From assembly GCA_964019335.1 (NCBI GenBank), contig OZ025692.1, positions 186,001 through 250,000 on the forward strand: DNA of 64,000 nt. The letters are read 5' to 3'. The notes beneath the pieces are model-generated. The model did no database searches. It was not told the DNA's origin and saw nothing but the letters and a program-made list of their open reading frames with translations. A program made the position numbers and the translations under genes. Source of the DNA: Diplonema japonicum (lineage: Eukaryota > Protista > Euglenozoa: Diplonemea). Below are positions 22,878-33,562 of this stretch, in pieces; the first letter of the stretch is position 1; every line of letters begins with the position of its first letter.

Positions 22878-23007
22878 CGTTGCGTTCTGTGAGGCGGGTG
22901 TTTGTTAATTAAAGATAGATAGCTGAAATAACAATCTATGTCTACTCTAGTAGGGGGGGGAGGGGGGTTTTTTTTTGGTTATTAAAACTCTAACATATCT
23001 ATAATAT

Positions 23008-26000
23008 CTAAGGCGCTGCTGCGGGTGTTGGGAAGTAGACCCCGTCTGCGTAAACCACTTTCCCGCAGTACGCACAGAACCGGCCCCCGTTCCAAGGGTG
23101 GCCGCAGTGGGTACAAGCATTCTGAGCAATGGGCAAGGCAGGGATGGGATGGGGTTTGCCTGTTGGAGTTGGGGCTGTAACGACCATCTCGATATCTGTC
23201 GTGCTGACACTATCCCGCGAGTAGTGAGGCTTCTTGTGAGTTGCTGGTATGGTGGAGGTCCCGGAGCTGCTGCGGCTGATTCCCTTTGTTGTGCTTGCTG
23301 TAGAAGACCTTTTCGGCGGTACAGGAGGGGGGAGGACTTTCCCCGAGATCTGTGTGCTTGTCTCTACTTCCCATGACACGCTGCCCGAACTCTCGGAGAG
23401 CTCCATCTCTTCGTCTATCCTCTCAGGAAGAGGGTTTTCCCTAGCAGGGCTCCCTTCCACCATGTCGTTGATGGAGCCCTTCGACCTTGCTGGTGATTGG
23501 CTTTTATTCATATTGTACCGCCGTATCACGAGCACTAGCACACAGAGACCGCACGCAGCAAGCCCAGCTAAGGCGGGTATCACGACGAACTGCATCCACG
23601 CGAACCCGTCATCCGACTCATCGCCCGGAGAGGCTTGCGGTGCTGTGTCCCCTTTCTCGACCTCGAAGCCCACCATGTCCCATCCCATCACCTTGAAAGG
23701 ATTATTCGTTTTCCCCGCAAGTACGTATTCGGACAAAGCAGCCACCTTCGCGTCTGCTGTAGTCTTGTTGTCGGCGAGTAAGCTGAAATTCACCGTCACG
23801 GACCCCGGCTGGACGCCCAGGACCTGTATCTTTAACGGAAGCACATCAACAACGCCAGATATGCACGCAGGGACAGCAGAGGGTGTGAAGTCGTCCACGC
23901 TGATGGCCAGCTTGACCTTCACAGCTTTGGACGCAACGCTCGTGTCAACCGGCGTGATGCAAGATGCGAAGTCCGCAGCCAACTTCGTCTGACAATCATC
24001 GAAAGTCTGGAGGCACTGCTGAATGGAAGCAAGTTCACAGCTGGAGAACGAGGTGAAGCAGGTACTCCTGAAAACGGAGTAGATGGCCGGCTCCGTACAA
24101 GCAGGAGGCTCTGGTGCATTAGACGGCTGCTGCGTGGGAACTGCTGTGGGTTCTGCTGTGACTGGACTTGTCTGCTCAGGCTGTACAGTAAAAGACGTCT
24201 CGCTTGAGACAACGGAATTGTAGACAACACACATGACGTAGCTTATGTTTCCGCCGCGGGTTACTCCTGGCACTTGCATCGACAGCTTTCCAGAACTCAA
24301 TGCTGAAGACACAGACGGCCTAGCCCGGCCGGTGCAGTCGCCTTCCTGCACCTGCAAAACAAACCCATTCGAACCAAGATCAGTTCCTGACACATTCACT
24401 TCTGTGTACCCAAGGCTCTCTTTGAATACCGCCTCCACACTGTCCACATGCGGTATTCCTGTCACCGTGGTTGACCACCCATTGATCCTTGTCTTGTTTG
24501 TCCTCCACATGGGTAGATCGATGGACCAGCAGAGGCCGTATTGCCGTGTGACGCTGTATGTGGTTAACACTTCGCGCGGCAGGGCAGCACGCAGGGCACC
24601 GCCGCTGAATGACGTTGTTAGCGGGTCTTGAAAGGCTGAGCAGTCACCTTCCATCGACAGCCACAACAGCGTCTGCGTCAGTTGTTCCGTTGTGACAGCT
24701 ATCCACGCAGTCCCGTCCCACACATCGGACACTTGTGCCGTACCGCTGATCGAAGGGAAGACAGGCGGTGCGGGTGAGATGAAAGCCACCCCGGTGGCGA
24801 AGACACCAGAAGTCATGCTTGGTGCCCAGCATAATACCCACTGGCCCGTCCTTTTCCCTCGCTCAGCAAACAGGCCAGAGCTTCCAATCATCTCTAATCC
24901 CGAAGCACCCAGCAGGTATCGCCCTAGTTCGTCGCCATCACAGTTCACGTCACGAACCGACAACCAAATAGGAGGAGCCACGACGTGTGCGCTGGGCAAC
25001 GGTACTATGCTGTCTGTTAAAACCTCCGTTAGCGAAAGAGTGATGGGATGTGCAGCGGAGAAGTTGGGTTCTTTTTGCAAGCTCACCTCTACATTACTGA
25101 CGGCAGCCCATTCACTGCCCCCTTGCACCGCCCAACACAGACTATACGCTCCGCCTTTGTACCCAGCGAGCGCAATGTTCACGTTCAGAATACCATTCTG
25201 TCCTATGGCCACTGCTTGTGAAACACTAGAGGTGCAAGTGTTGTCACTGATCTTTGCTTGAATCCCTGGGTACAGGTCAGAGCCCGTTAATGCTATCTCT
25301 GCAGCACCATCTGCTATCATGCCTAAAGTGAGGGAATAGGTGCGTGGTGCAAAACTAGGCTGCCCCATCCATTCCAAGGTGAGGCCTGTGTCATAAGTGC
25401 TGCCTTGCAGCGCGTACGCAAAACATATAAGGTACTGCTGATTAGCAGTCAGTCCAACCACTTTAGGGTAGTAGACAGCAGTAGTGTCCTGAACCTCCGC
25501 ACGTACCATGTTGAGACCTCTAGCGCATGCAAGACCATTCTCTGAAAGGCCAAAATACATCTGTGAATCAAGGTAGCTACCAGTGAGGAAAAGAGAGTTT
25601 GTAGCAGTACCATAAGTGCGTTTAGGAGTGTCCTGAGGAGTGAACACCGCAAGCCTCGGAAGTACTACACGTACGTCAGACTCTCTGAAAGCAGCCTCGA
25701 TGTTTATCTTCCAACACAAGACGGCCGTAGACCCTGGGAAGGCCTCTGCGTACTGCCTGTCGACGTATGCTATGCCATTCAGAAAGTCGAAGTCATCACC
25801 GCAGTTGTTGCAATTGCTGTTCAAGCACAGCTTCCCCTCGAGGGGCTGGTTGAGGTCTGTGCCGTGCACCGTGATGTTAATGGTACCGGAGACGGATGAC
25901 CAGAACTCTGACAGTGTGGGTGAGAAGATCTCAGCGGTTACTGAAGGAAGGGGTAGTACATGTACCTTCGAGGGATGCTGTCTCACGTCCAACCCGGGTG

Positions 26001-28551
26001 TCGATGGTCTCCAACATATCTGGTACTCTTTCCCCAGCACCAGCCTGGTGTCCATTTCCGCAAACGTGATGTGCGAAGACGACGTGTTCGGTGTCCCTGG
26101 CAGCCGTGCAGCTGTCTCCGGCAACGGGCTGCACTCCGAATCTTGCTCTACGACAGCCACCCACACACCCCCGATGTTCGTGCCAGTGAGTGGGAGCTGG
26201 AACCCGTCCTCCCACAGAGGGTAGGTCACTATGATGTCGTTAGCCGAATTAAATACAGGGCGCTCCAATATCTCCAATTTGATGGCGGTCGGGTCTCCGT
26301 TGTGGCACACGGTGTGCACCCCTGGAGTAACACTTCTGGGCACTGTGAATATGGCTTCATCACAGTACGGCAGGTCGCCAGTCGGGCAGATAATCGCTGC
26401 GCTGGGCCTTCCCTCCATACATCCCATTGTGAGCTGCATGTTTGTTTGCAGGAACTTCCCATGTATAGTGATCACAGGCGGGGTGTTGCTCTGCACGTCT
26501 AGTTCGTTCACTTGGTGAGTTGTGGCAGTTGCTGTGATAACTGCCGCGGGAATCACTTTGTGCACGAGCCCAGAAGTATTCCAGCTTGTCGGGGAAGTTG
26601 TTGAGGCAGCCCAGCAGATGGCAACCGCCACAGCTTCTTGAAGACCAGATGACAGTGCGAGGTCGAGCACGGAGTCCGAGGGCAAGACGAGGAAGTCGTT
26701 TGCCTCCGATGGCACAGCACGAGAGCCGGTCGCAGTACCACAGGTGTCATCCAGTGAAATGCCGATCCACAGATCTGTAGTGGGGATGAGGGATGTGCCG
26801 CGGATGGTTATGTTGACACCCCGCTGCCCGAGGCCAATCCACGGCACTTGTGCAGGAACTGTGAACACAGGCACGTCTGCAAAGACGACAGTGACACCCG
26901 TCGCAACGACGTCAAGCCAGTCTGCACTCCCCGATGGCTCTGTAGGGTTCGCAGCAACGCAGAGCTGCTTCTCACCACTCGATGAGATCGCCACATCTGC
27001 ACTGAGGGGTGAGTTCCCCACCAGCTGTATGCCAGTCAGAGGGGCTACAGCCTGATCGCCACACGGACCAAACACAACCCACAGCATTGAAGGCCTGTTC
27101 CTGGTGGATAAGTACATTCCTGGAATGGTGATGACAGGGTCTTCCCAATGCTGCGCAATGCTAATCTCATGCCTGGTAGTGCCCTCGAAGACAGGGCGCG
27201 GTGTGGTAGTGATTGTGACGTTGGTGGGTTCCCACACACCGTCCTTCACAGAGTAGCAAACGGACAACGGCTGCCCTGCTTGCGTCACAGGAAGCGGGAA
27301 CGACCCGCTATCAGGCGTACTGCTCTGCAGGTCGTAAGAAGGTGTTGAGGCGTCGCCTGCACACAGTGGGTGCGCGTGAAGAGTGACTCGTATCTGCTGG
27401 TCTAAGCTGCTACCCGCAAGGACTACTTCATAGCGAGGTGCCATGAGGGACTCCGCGTAAGTGAGCGCTAGGGAATTTTCGATGAAGGTAGGCGGTGACT
27501 TGAACCTCACGTACAGCGGTGTGCGTCTGAGTTCGGCGACGTCCGGTTCGCCATTCCATGCAGAGATGCACACTGCGATGTCTGTGTCGTGCTGCATGTC
27601 CGTCAGCTGCGAGATGTCAATGGTCGCACTCCGTCCGTCCGGCAACGGGACTATCTCGAGTATTGGTCGCTTGCATTGTATGCCGACCCACACATTTGTG
27701 GTCAGACCTTCGCCTGTAATGGTTGCAGTCACATCGCCCTTCGTGATGACAATGGTGCCAAAGTCGAGTGTGGGGTGCGGCGGTGTGACGACAGTCACAG
27801 GCGCTGCTGTAAGACGAACAGGAAAGGAAGACGATGTCAGCGTGGGCCCGTGCCAGCACAAAGTGTATGACGTCCCTGCTGCAAGCGACCCAGATGTGAA
27901 AACGCCCTCAGAGGTGAGAGCTGTGAGGTGTGTGGGAACGCTTGATCCGCACCCGACTGAGCTTTCTTTCAACGTTGCTAAAATATCAGAAGCCAGACCA
28001 ATGCCTTTGAGAGTGAGTTTGAAGGGCGATCCACCAGCAGAGGCACCCAGCGCCTCAGCGAGTGTTGGTGTAATAGTCTCCTGCGTGAAGGTGATTGCCC
28101 GTTTCTCGCAAACGAAGACCATCGCACCCTGGCAGTCCCACGCATAGAGCTTCCCGTCCTGCGATATAAAACCACATTGGGAGGCTTCGCCTGAGGGCAC
28201 ACTGCCTGCCCACAGGCTACTATCCACAATAGTGCCGTCCCCCCATGCCCACTTGCTTGTCGTTGTGTTGTACCGAGCACCGACCCATACATACTGCTGC
28301 ATCTTAGTCACGGTTGTGGCTACATAGCTGGCAGTTTCTGTGGTCCGTGGCTGGGCAAGACTCCCGCCGTCCAGTCGGCAGAGCTCCTTCGAGTTCTCCC
28401 AATTGCTAGAAGTCCACATCAGTCTATAGCAACTCCCTCCCGTTGAATGGTACACAGGTATGTCTGCCGCGTTGCACTTGTCCATGCAAGGACACGAATC
28501 ACTGACCCCCACTGCTGCAGTCACCAAGACCACCAACCACCGCAACAACAT
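23008..28551 (-). CDS. Large type I surface protein: C-type lectin domain + about 13 IPT/TIG-like repeats + TM
   Basis: Signal peptide; CTLD (GSCYR..WE..CRLDGGSLA..VWVG..WAWGDGT..C..WDC..FVCEK); repeats of about 100 aa with ITIxGxxL...YxLCW; TM VVIPALAGLAACGLCVLVLVI; C-terminal CTHC..FCAYC zinc ribbon. Confidence 0.85.
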   Translation of the reverse strand: MLLRWLVVLVTAAVGVSDSCPCMDKCNAADIPVYHSTGGSCYRLMWTSSNWENSKELCRLDGGSLAQPRTTETASYVATTVTKMQQYVWVGARYNTTTSKWAWGDGTIVDSSLWAGSVPSGEASQCGFISQDGKLYAWDCQGAMVFVCEKRAITFTQETITPTLAEALGASAGGSPFKLTLKGIGLASDILATLKESSVGCGSSVPTHLTALTSEGVFTSGSLAAGTSYTLCWHGPTLTSSSFPVRLTAAPVTVVTPPHPTLDFGTIVITKGDVTATITGEGLTTNVWVGIQCKRPILEIVPLPDGRSATIDISQLTDMQHDTDIAVCISAWNGEPDVAELRRTPLYVRFKSPPTFIENSLALTYAESLMAPRYEVVLAGSSLDQQIRVTLHAHPLCAGDASTPSYDLQSSTPDSGSFPLPVTQAGQPLSVCYSVKDGVWEPTNVTITTTPRPVFEGTTRHEISIAQHWEDPVITIPGMYLSTRNRPSMLWVVFGPCGDQAVAPLTGIQLVGNSPLSADVAISSSGEKQLCVAANPTEPSGSADWLDVVATGVTVVFADVPVFTVPAQVPWIGLGQRGVNITIRGTSLIPTTDLWIGISLDDTCGTATGSRAVPSEANDFLVLPSDSVLDLALSSGLQEAVAVAICWAASTTSPTSWNTSGLVHKVIPAAVITATATTHQVNELDVQSNTPPVITIHGKFLQTNMQLTMGCMEGRPSAAIICPTGDLPYCDEAIFTVPRSVTPGVHTVCHNGDPTAIKLEILERPVFNSANDIIVTYPLWEDGFQLPLTGTNIGGVWVAVVEQDSECSPLPETAARLPGTPNTSSSHITFAEMDTRLVLGKEYQICWRPSTPGLDVRQHPSKVHVLPLPSVTAEIFSPTLSEFWSSVSGTINITVHGTDLNQPLEGKLCLNSNCNNCGDDFDFLNGIAYVDRQYAEAFPGSTAVLCWKINIEAAFRESDVRVVLPRLAVFTPQDTPKRTYGTATNSLFLTGSYLDSQMYFGLSENGLACARGLNMVRAEVQDTTAVYYPKVVGLTANQQYLICFAYALQGSTYDTGLTLEWMGQPSFAPRTYSLTLGMIADGAAEIALTGSDLYPGIQAKISDNTCTSSVSQAVAIGQNGILNVNIALAGYKGGAYSLCWAVQGGSEWAAVSNVEVSLQKEPNFSAAHPITLSLTEVLTDSIVPLPSAHVVAPPIWLSVRDVNCDGDELGRYLLGASGLEMIGSSGLFAERGKRTGQWVLCWAPSMTSGVFATGVAFISPAPPVFPSISGTAQVSDVWDGTAWIAVTTEQLTQTLLWLSMEGDCSAFQDPLTTSFSGGALRAALPREVLTTYSVTRQYGLCWSIDLPMWRTNKTRINGWSTTVTGIPHVDSVEAVFKESLGYTEVNVSGTDLGSNGFVLQVQEGDCTGRARPSVSSALSSGKLSMQVPGVTRGGNISYVMCVVYNSVVSSETSFTVQPEQTSPVTAEPTAVPTQQPSNAPEPPACTEPAIYSVFRSTCFTSFSSCELASIQQCLQTFDDCQTKLAADFASCITPVDTSVASKAVKVKLAISVDDFTPSAVPACISGVVDVLPLKIQVLGVQPGSVTVNFSLLADNKTTADAKVAALSEYVLAGKTNNPFKVMGWDMVGFEVEKGDTAPQASPGDESDDGFAWMQFVVIPALAGLAACGLCVLVLVIRRYNMNKSQSPARSKGSINDMVEGSPARENPLPERIDEEMELSESSGSVSWEVETSTQISGKVLPPPVPPKRSSTASTTKGISRSSSGTSTIPATHKKPHYSRDSVSTTDIEMVVTAPTPTGKPHPIPALPIAQNACTHCGHPWNGGRFCAYCGKVVYADGVYFPTPAAAP

Positions 28552-28614
28552 GGTGGTCACCCTCCCCCCCTTCCCCTCTGAAGAAGCGTTTTTTTTTTTT
28601 TTTTTTTTTTTTTC

Positions 28615-28676
28615 CTAGGTGAAAATTGGATAGTATAAAAAGGAAAAAAAAGCCGAATAAGAAAGAAGGAAAAAGT
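28615..28676 (-). promoter_or_regulatory. Putative trans-splice acceptor (polypyrimidine tract + TAG)
   Basis: Minus-strand pyrimidine tract followed by CACCTAG, then an A-rich 5' UTR leading to ATG 28551. Confidence 0.55.
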
Positions 28677-28690
28677 AGTACGCCTCAGCG

Positions 28691-30091
28691 CTATATTGAT
28701 ACAACTCTCTTTTGTTCGGCTGCTTCGTGGTCCCTCTCCAACCAGCCTTTGGTGACATGGGGTGTTGTGGGTTTCGAGAGAACGTTCTTGCAGGACCTTC
28801 TGAACCGTTCAAGAACGGCTCGCTTCGTGGCGATGAACTCGGGGGGGAGTGTGGCGTCGAGAACTGCCATGTCAACGGTCTGCTGGAGCTCCAGAACGAG
28901 CCCGTGGTGATAAGGCCCCGCTTTTTCTACAACAGTAGATGCGATGATAAGGAAATCGGTGTAGGCGAGAAGCTTGCCAGGTTCAGGGGAGGCGTGGGTC
29001 ATAAGTTTAAGCAGACGCGCCACAGAGGGAAGGAGTTCAAGATATCCCCAATTGTTCTGCAAAAGCCCGACCAACAACGGTGTGAACTCAACCGATTGGA
29101 AGCCTGCCATGGCAACGTCCGGGTCTGCAACGAAACAGTCTCTTGCAAGACGAACGTAGTACTGCAGAGACCATGTTTCCTTGAAACGACAGCCTTCCTT
29201 GATAACAGAGAACACGGTCATGGGGAGCCCATCAGCGTCATTATACTTCCCGTTCATCTCCGAAGATAGTACCTCAGGGTAGCATCTTAAAATACAGCTA
29301 AGCAGCTGCGAAGGGTACCTTGCTTCGAACACTGTGTCGGCGTCGTCTTGTAAAATCGACATCAGGTGAGGGATAGCTGTCCTTGACTGAACCAGCATTT
29401 TTTCGAACTCGCCAGAGCGCGGCTGGTGGATGCCAACCAGTACAAGAGCTTTTAAGTTGAAGATGGTATCAACTTCGCTATTTGACGAGTCCTGCAAGGA
29501 TTTAACCATGTGGTCCACCATGTTTTGTCGCAGCATGAAACGAGCGTTTTCTGGTGCCTGGCAGAGAGCTGCCAAAGAGGCTCCAAACAGCCCTGGAGTC
29601 ATTTTACCGTTGTGTCTTACTTCAACGATCTTCTCCAGAAGATCTTGCCGGATGATATATTCGTTGACTGGCCAGTCGGTTTGAGGGGATCCCCTGTCCT
29701 TTGCGAACAGAGCTAGGTAGTGAAGGCCTCTTTCAAGATCTCCTTCCTGGAACCACTCTACTAACGCGTTCATCTGGTCCTCCATGGGTTTGTTCAGAAA
29801 CTTCTCGTCGTCGGTGTGCTCCAGCACTCCCTTCTCCATGCTTTCTATTAGCTCTAAGGCAGGGTTCATGGATGATCTCAGGGTACTTTTGCTTGTATCA
29901 GCGGCGCCTTGTATCCAGTCTGATACCGCCGAAGCTGCCCGCCCTTCGTTCTGAAAAGCATCCATGAAATACAAGCAAGACTATAATAGGTTTAAAAAAA
30001 AAAAAAGTTTTTTTTTTTTTCATACCGCTGTGGCGCCAAGCATCCATGGCAATCCCTCCTTTAAATGCTCTGCTGCACGTACTCTCGACAT
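28691..30091 (-). CDS. Hypothetical alpha-helical (ARM-like) protein, 2 exons
   Basis: Exons 30091-30026 and 29980-28691. A 45-nt GT-AG intron joins MSRVRAAEHLKEGLPWMLGATA in frame to the 427-aa ORF. Confidence 0.7.
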
Positions 30092-30274
30092 GTTCCCTTT
30101 TTTTTTTTTTTTTTTTTTTTGCGGGCTGGGGAGGTTTTTTTTTTTTTTTTTTTCTACTTAAAGAAATCGAAACAAAATAGGAAGAGAGAGTGGTAAACAA
30201 GAGCAAGGAAGCAAGAAGAAGAAAAAAATGGGCGGAAAAGAATTTAACGAGATAGAAAAAAGAAGAAGAAGAAA

Positions 30275-30324
30275 AGACAAAGGCCAGTGTTGGTGACGCT
30301 TTGCACAAGCACTGTCTACTTGAT
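30275..30324 (-). repeat. Short relic of the hAT-like family 3' region
   Basis: ATCAAGTAGACAGTGCTTGTGCAAAGCGTCACCAACACTGGCC is nearly identical to 51662-51704 and partly to 16107-16144. Confidence 0.7.
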
Positions 30325-30867
30325 ATAAAAAAAAAAGGTTGTGGATAATCATAATGGAGAGGTTAAGAGGGAATATAAAAAAAAAAAGAAGAAAGAAAAG
30401 GAAACTGCAAAGATTTTCCTCGATTTCCTCTTTTTTTTTCCACTTCATAGACAAGGACAAAAAAAAAAGTTGGAAGGTAATAACTCAACGCAAAATAAAA
30501 AAAAAAAAAAAAAAAAAATCGAAAACGGCGCTCAGTACGACCATCACAGTTGGCTCCAAGTGTACCATAATTACATGGGGTGGGGGATGTCTAGATAAAC
30601 AACACATTAGCTTCCTTGCAGTAGGGTGGGACATTTTTTTTTTTTTCTCTTTTGCAGAAGCCAAATGCGATCCATGTTTACCCCTTTGAGAGGTCTATTT
30701 TGTACCCTAAGCGAACCGTCGTTACGCACCTAGGCCCGGCCAAAGGTCTTACTGCCGAACTATTAAAGAAAAAAAAAAAAAAAGATACAAGCGGAGTTAA
30801 AAACAAAAGAGGTTAGAGGAAAAAAAAAAAAAAAAAAAATTAGCTCGAAGTGGACTTCTTTGGGTCC

Positions 30868-31530
30868 TCAAGGATGGAGGTAGATCTTATCCCGCCGGTC
30901 ACTGTTTCGTGATGTGCTACGATTCTTGGACAGTCGCTTGATACGAAGGGCCTCAAGGACCTTGTCGCTGGTGTGGGTTAACTTCTTACCGTCATCACCA
31001 TAAAGAGGCTCATAACGGGTTTCCCGTCTAGAGGCACGCTGAGAGATGTAATCAGCGTTTTCACGAGACACCCTCGTGTAGGACTCGTTCACCACGCGTC
31101 GGTAGGCCCGTAGCTCATCCTCGGTTCTTCGTGAGCCGATGATGACTGCGTCATAGGTGGAACGGGGGTTCTCGTTGGAGGAGGTCTCGATTTTCGATTT
31201 CCATTCTCTCAGTGTCTTCAGACAATCCTTCTGCCACTTGTGCTTTATGACAATACCGTGCTCGTTCAGCCTCCTGGGGGGCATGCTCTTGGCGGATTCT
31301 TTCTCAAGCCTCGCTTTTTCCTTCCTCTTCTGTTCCCTGTTCCACTCCCTCCTGGCCTCCAGCCTTTCTTCCGGGACCCTTCTTTCTACGAAATCGTCAC
31401 CGTCGGCATTCCACGCCTCGCTTGTGCTGGGCAGCTCCTCGCCGATTGGTTCGTCGTCCTCATCGTCCTTCGCCCAGTTTAACCCCAGAGTCCTCCATTT
31501 GGCCAGTCCAGTCTTCGGGGTGGTGTCCAT
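30868..31530 (-). CDS. Hypothetical charged protein
   Basis: 220-aa ORF with coding-like composition between homopolymer spacers; A-run before ATG. Confidence 0.75.
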   Translation of the reverse strand: MDTTPKTGLAKWRTLGLNWAKDDEDDEPIGEELPSTSEAWNADGDDFVERRVPEERLEARREWNREQKRKEKARLEKESAKSMPPRRLNEHGIVIKHKWQKDCLKTLREWKSKIETSSNENPRSTYDAVIIGSRRTEDELRAYRRVVNESYTRVSRENADYISQRASRRETRYEPLYGDDGKKLTHTSDKVLEALRIKRLSKNRSTSRNSDRRDKIYLHP

Positions 31531-31854
31531 TTTTTATTTTTATTTGTTTCGCCTTTTTTGTTTTGTTGTATACTCGCATAGCGATGAATGATGAAGAAGG
31601 ATATAAAAAAAACATTTGACAGAAGGGAACAAAAAAAAAAGAAATAATGCGGCAATGGCAATGTAACAAGTTGTGGAGGAGGTGGGGGGGGGGTCTAAGA
31701 ACTCTAATAATTCAATAACAAAGAAGAAAAAGAAGGGGGGGGGTCTATCTAAAGGGTGCGAGCGGGAATTCTTTTTTATCAAAAAAAAAAAAAAAGAATC
31801 ACAAAAAAAAATAATAACAAGTTTTAAAAAAACAACAAATAAAAAAAAAAGAAT

Positions 31855-33471
31855 TCAAGGACAAGCAGCGTAGGAAGACCGTATGGCCCGTATCTCAGAG
31901 AGCCAAGCGTTCTTGTTCGCCTCGACGGTTTGTGCCGGGTCATGGTGTTTGACGGGGTTGTTGGGGTTGCCGTTTATCTGAGGAGAGAAGGTGCAATGTT
32001 CCTCTTCAGCTTTCTGAAGCTCCCGACGAGAGTGGGAAAGCCGGATTTCACGTCTGCGCTCCCAGTTGTTCTGCTTAGCGAAGGTTGAGCTGTTGTCCTT
32101 CAACACTGTGCTGGGCTGTGCCATCGACTGCAGTTCCAACTCATCGTGTGCTTTACGCTGTTCAAAGAGGCTCAGCCTGTTGCGTTCATACTCTTCTTTC
32201 TTCGCAACAAGAAGCTCCACCCTGTCCTTGTCTCTTGTCCCGTTGGCCGATCTGCTCATTCTGTCTATCTCTTGGCTTGCAGCAGAGACGTAAGGCGTGA
32301 AGGATTCGTTCTTCACCTCAGCGCGTACTGCTTCTATGGTGGCGTGCGACTTCACATGCCGTGTGTCCTTGAGTAGTCTTGCTGCAGAATCTTCGCCTTC
32401 CCTTTCCGTTTTGAGAGAAGCTAGCAGTTTAGAGTACGCCCCCAGAGATGGTTTCCTTTGGCGTCCCTTCTTCGTGGACATTTCCGACCATTCCGCTGCA
32501 CGCCGCTTGCGATACTCCTTCTGCTTCCCTTCCTCCACAAGGTGTTCCCACACGTTGCTTGTGCGCGGCTGTGTTGTTGTTGTTGTTGCCGCGTACTTGT
32601 TCACCTTTGGAGTGAACAAGGACTGGCCTGTCTCGGGGTCCTTCAGAGGAGACGCCCTGGGTTTTCCCATATGAGCATTCTTCACAGGTGTGGATATTTC
32701 AATCAGTCTTGGTGAAGGTTGCGACGTGCAGTGGCGGGATGAGTGGGATCGTTTGACAGGTGTGTCTGTGCGGGAGAGGCTTTCCTCTCGTCGGCGGGTC
32801 GCTTCTGCTACCTTTGCGTTGTGATCCTTGAGCAGCGACTCCTCCACTCGGCAAGACCGGTTGGCCGTGATCTTCTTGCTGATGGGGTTGAGGGAAGGTG
32901 TGGGTTGCACGCCTTCCAGCTCGCTTGATTCCTTCAGCTGCTGGCTGCGGAGGATCTTCTGCTCCTTGATGTACTGCCATTCCATCAGGTGGTTGGTTGT
33001 TCTTGTCATCCCACGGCTTGATGAGTTGATTTGAGGGGTGCAGTCGGGTGTTTCTGTTGGTGTCAGGCTAGCCTGTATTGCGGCTCGTTTTGTTGCCTCT
33101 TTGTACAGTCTTTCGTGGGCGTGTTGTCGTTTCCCCAGCGACCTCGACCTTGCTGTGATATGCGGGCCTCGTAGTTGCAGCAGTTCCTCCATCTCTCTCC
33201 CTCTTCTTAGGATTTCTAGTTTGGCGTTGTATTCGTCTTTTCTCCTCAGCAGCTGGTCCTCTACCTTCCCTTCCCGGTTGAGCTTCTTCGCCAGGGAGGT
33301 GATGACGGGCTTCCCCTCCTCCGTTTCCGCGGCGCTGCAACCCATCTTTGCCCCAGTGAAGGAGGCCAGTACGTTGCCCTTGCTGGTATAAGGTGCTTCA
33401 ACAGCATCGAACTCGCCATAAAGGTCCACAGGCAGGATCGTGGTGGAGTCGGACCATGCCCCGAAGGACAT
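31855..33471 (-). CDS. Hypothetical basic coiled-coil protein with (C)TF.P.IN-type repeats
   Basis: 538-aa ORF; recurring CTPQIN, FTPKVN, FTPYVS, CTFSPQIN motifs resembling those in protist cytoskeleton-associated proteins. Confidence 0.8.
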   Translation of the reverse strand: MSFGAWSDSTTILPVDLYGEFDAVEAPYTSKGNVLASFTGAKMGCSAAETEEGKPVITSLAKKLNREGKVEDQLLRRKDEYNAKLEILRRGREMEELLQLRGPHITARSRSLGKRQHAHERLYKEATKRAAIQASLTPTETPDCTPQINSSSRGMTRTTNHLMEWQYIKEQKILRSQQLKESSELEGVQPTPSLNPISKKITANRSCRVEESLLKDHNAKVAEATRRREESLSRTDTPVKRSHSSRHCTSQPSPRLIEISTPVKNAHMGKPRASPLKDPETGQSLFTPKVNKYAATTTTTQPRTSNVWEHLVEEGKQKEYRKRRAAEWSEMSTKKGRQRKPSLGAYSKLLASLKTEREGEDSAARLLKDTRHVKSHATIEAVRAEVKNESFTPYVSAASQEIDRMSRSANGTRDKDRVELLVAKKEEYERNRLSLFEQRKAHDELELQSMAQPSTVLKDNSSTFAKQNNWERRREIRLSHSRRELQKAEEEHCTFSPQINGNPNNPVKHHDPAQTVEANKNAWLSEIRAIRSSYAACP

Positions 33472-33495
33472 TTTTTTTTTCTTTTTTTTTTTCTC

Positions 33496-33553
33496 CTAGA
33501 AAAAAAAATTGTTTTTTTGAAAAAAGAAAAAAAAAAAAAGCAAAGAGGGGGGA
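33496..33553 (-). promoter_or_regulatory. Putative trans-splice acceptor (polypyrimidine tract + TAG)
   Basis: In the 91-bp spacer between xpt and the next gene: pyrimidine runs, TTTTCTAG, then an A-run and ATG 33471. Confidence 0.55.
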
Positions 33554-33562
33554 TTTACTGTT

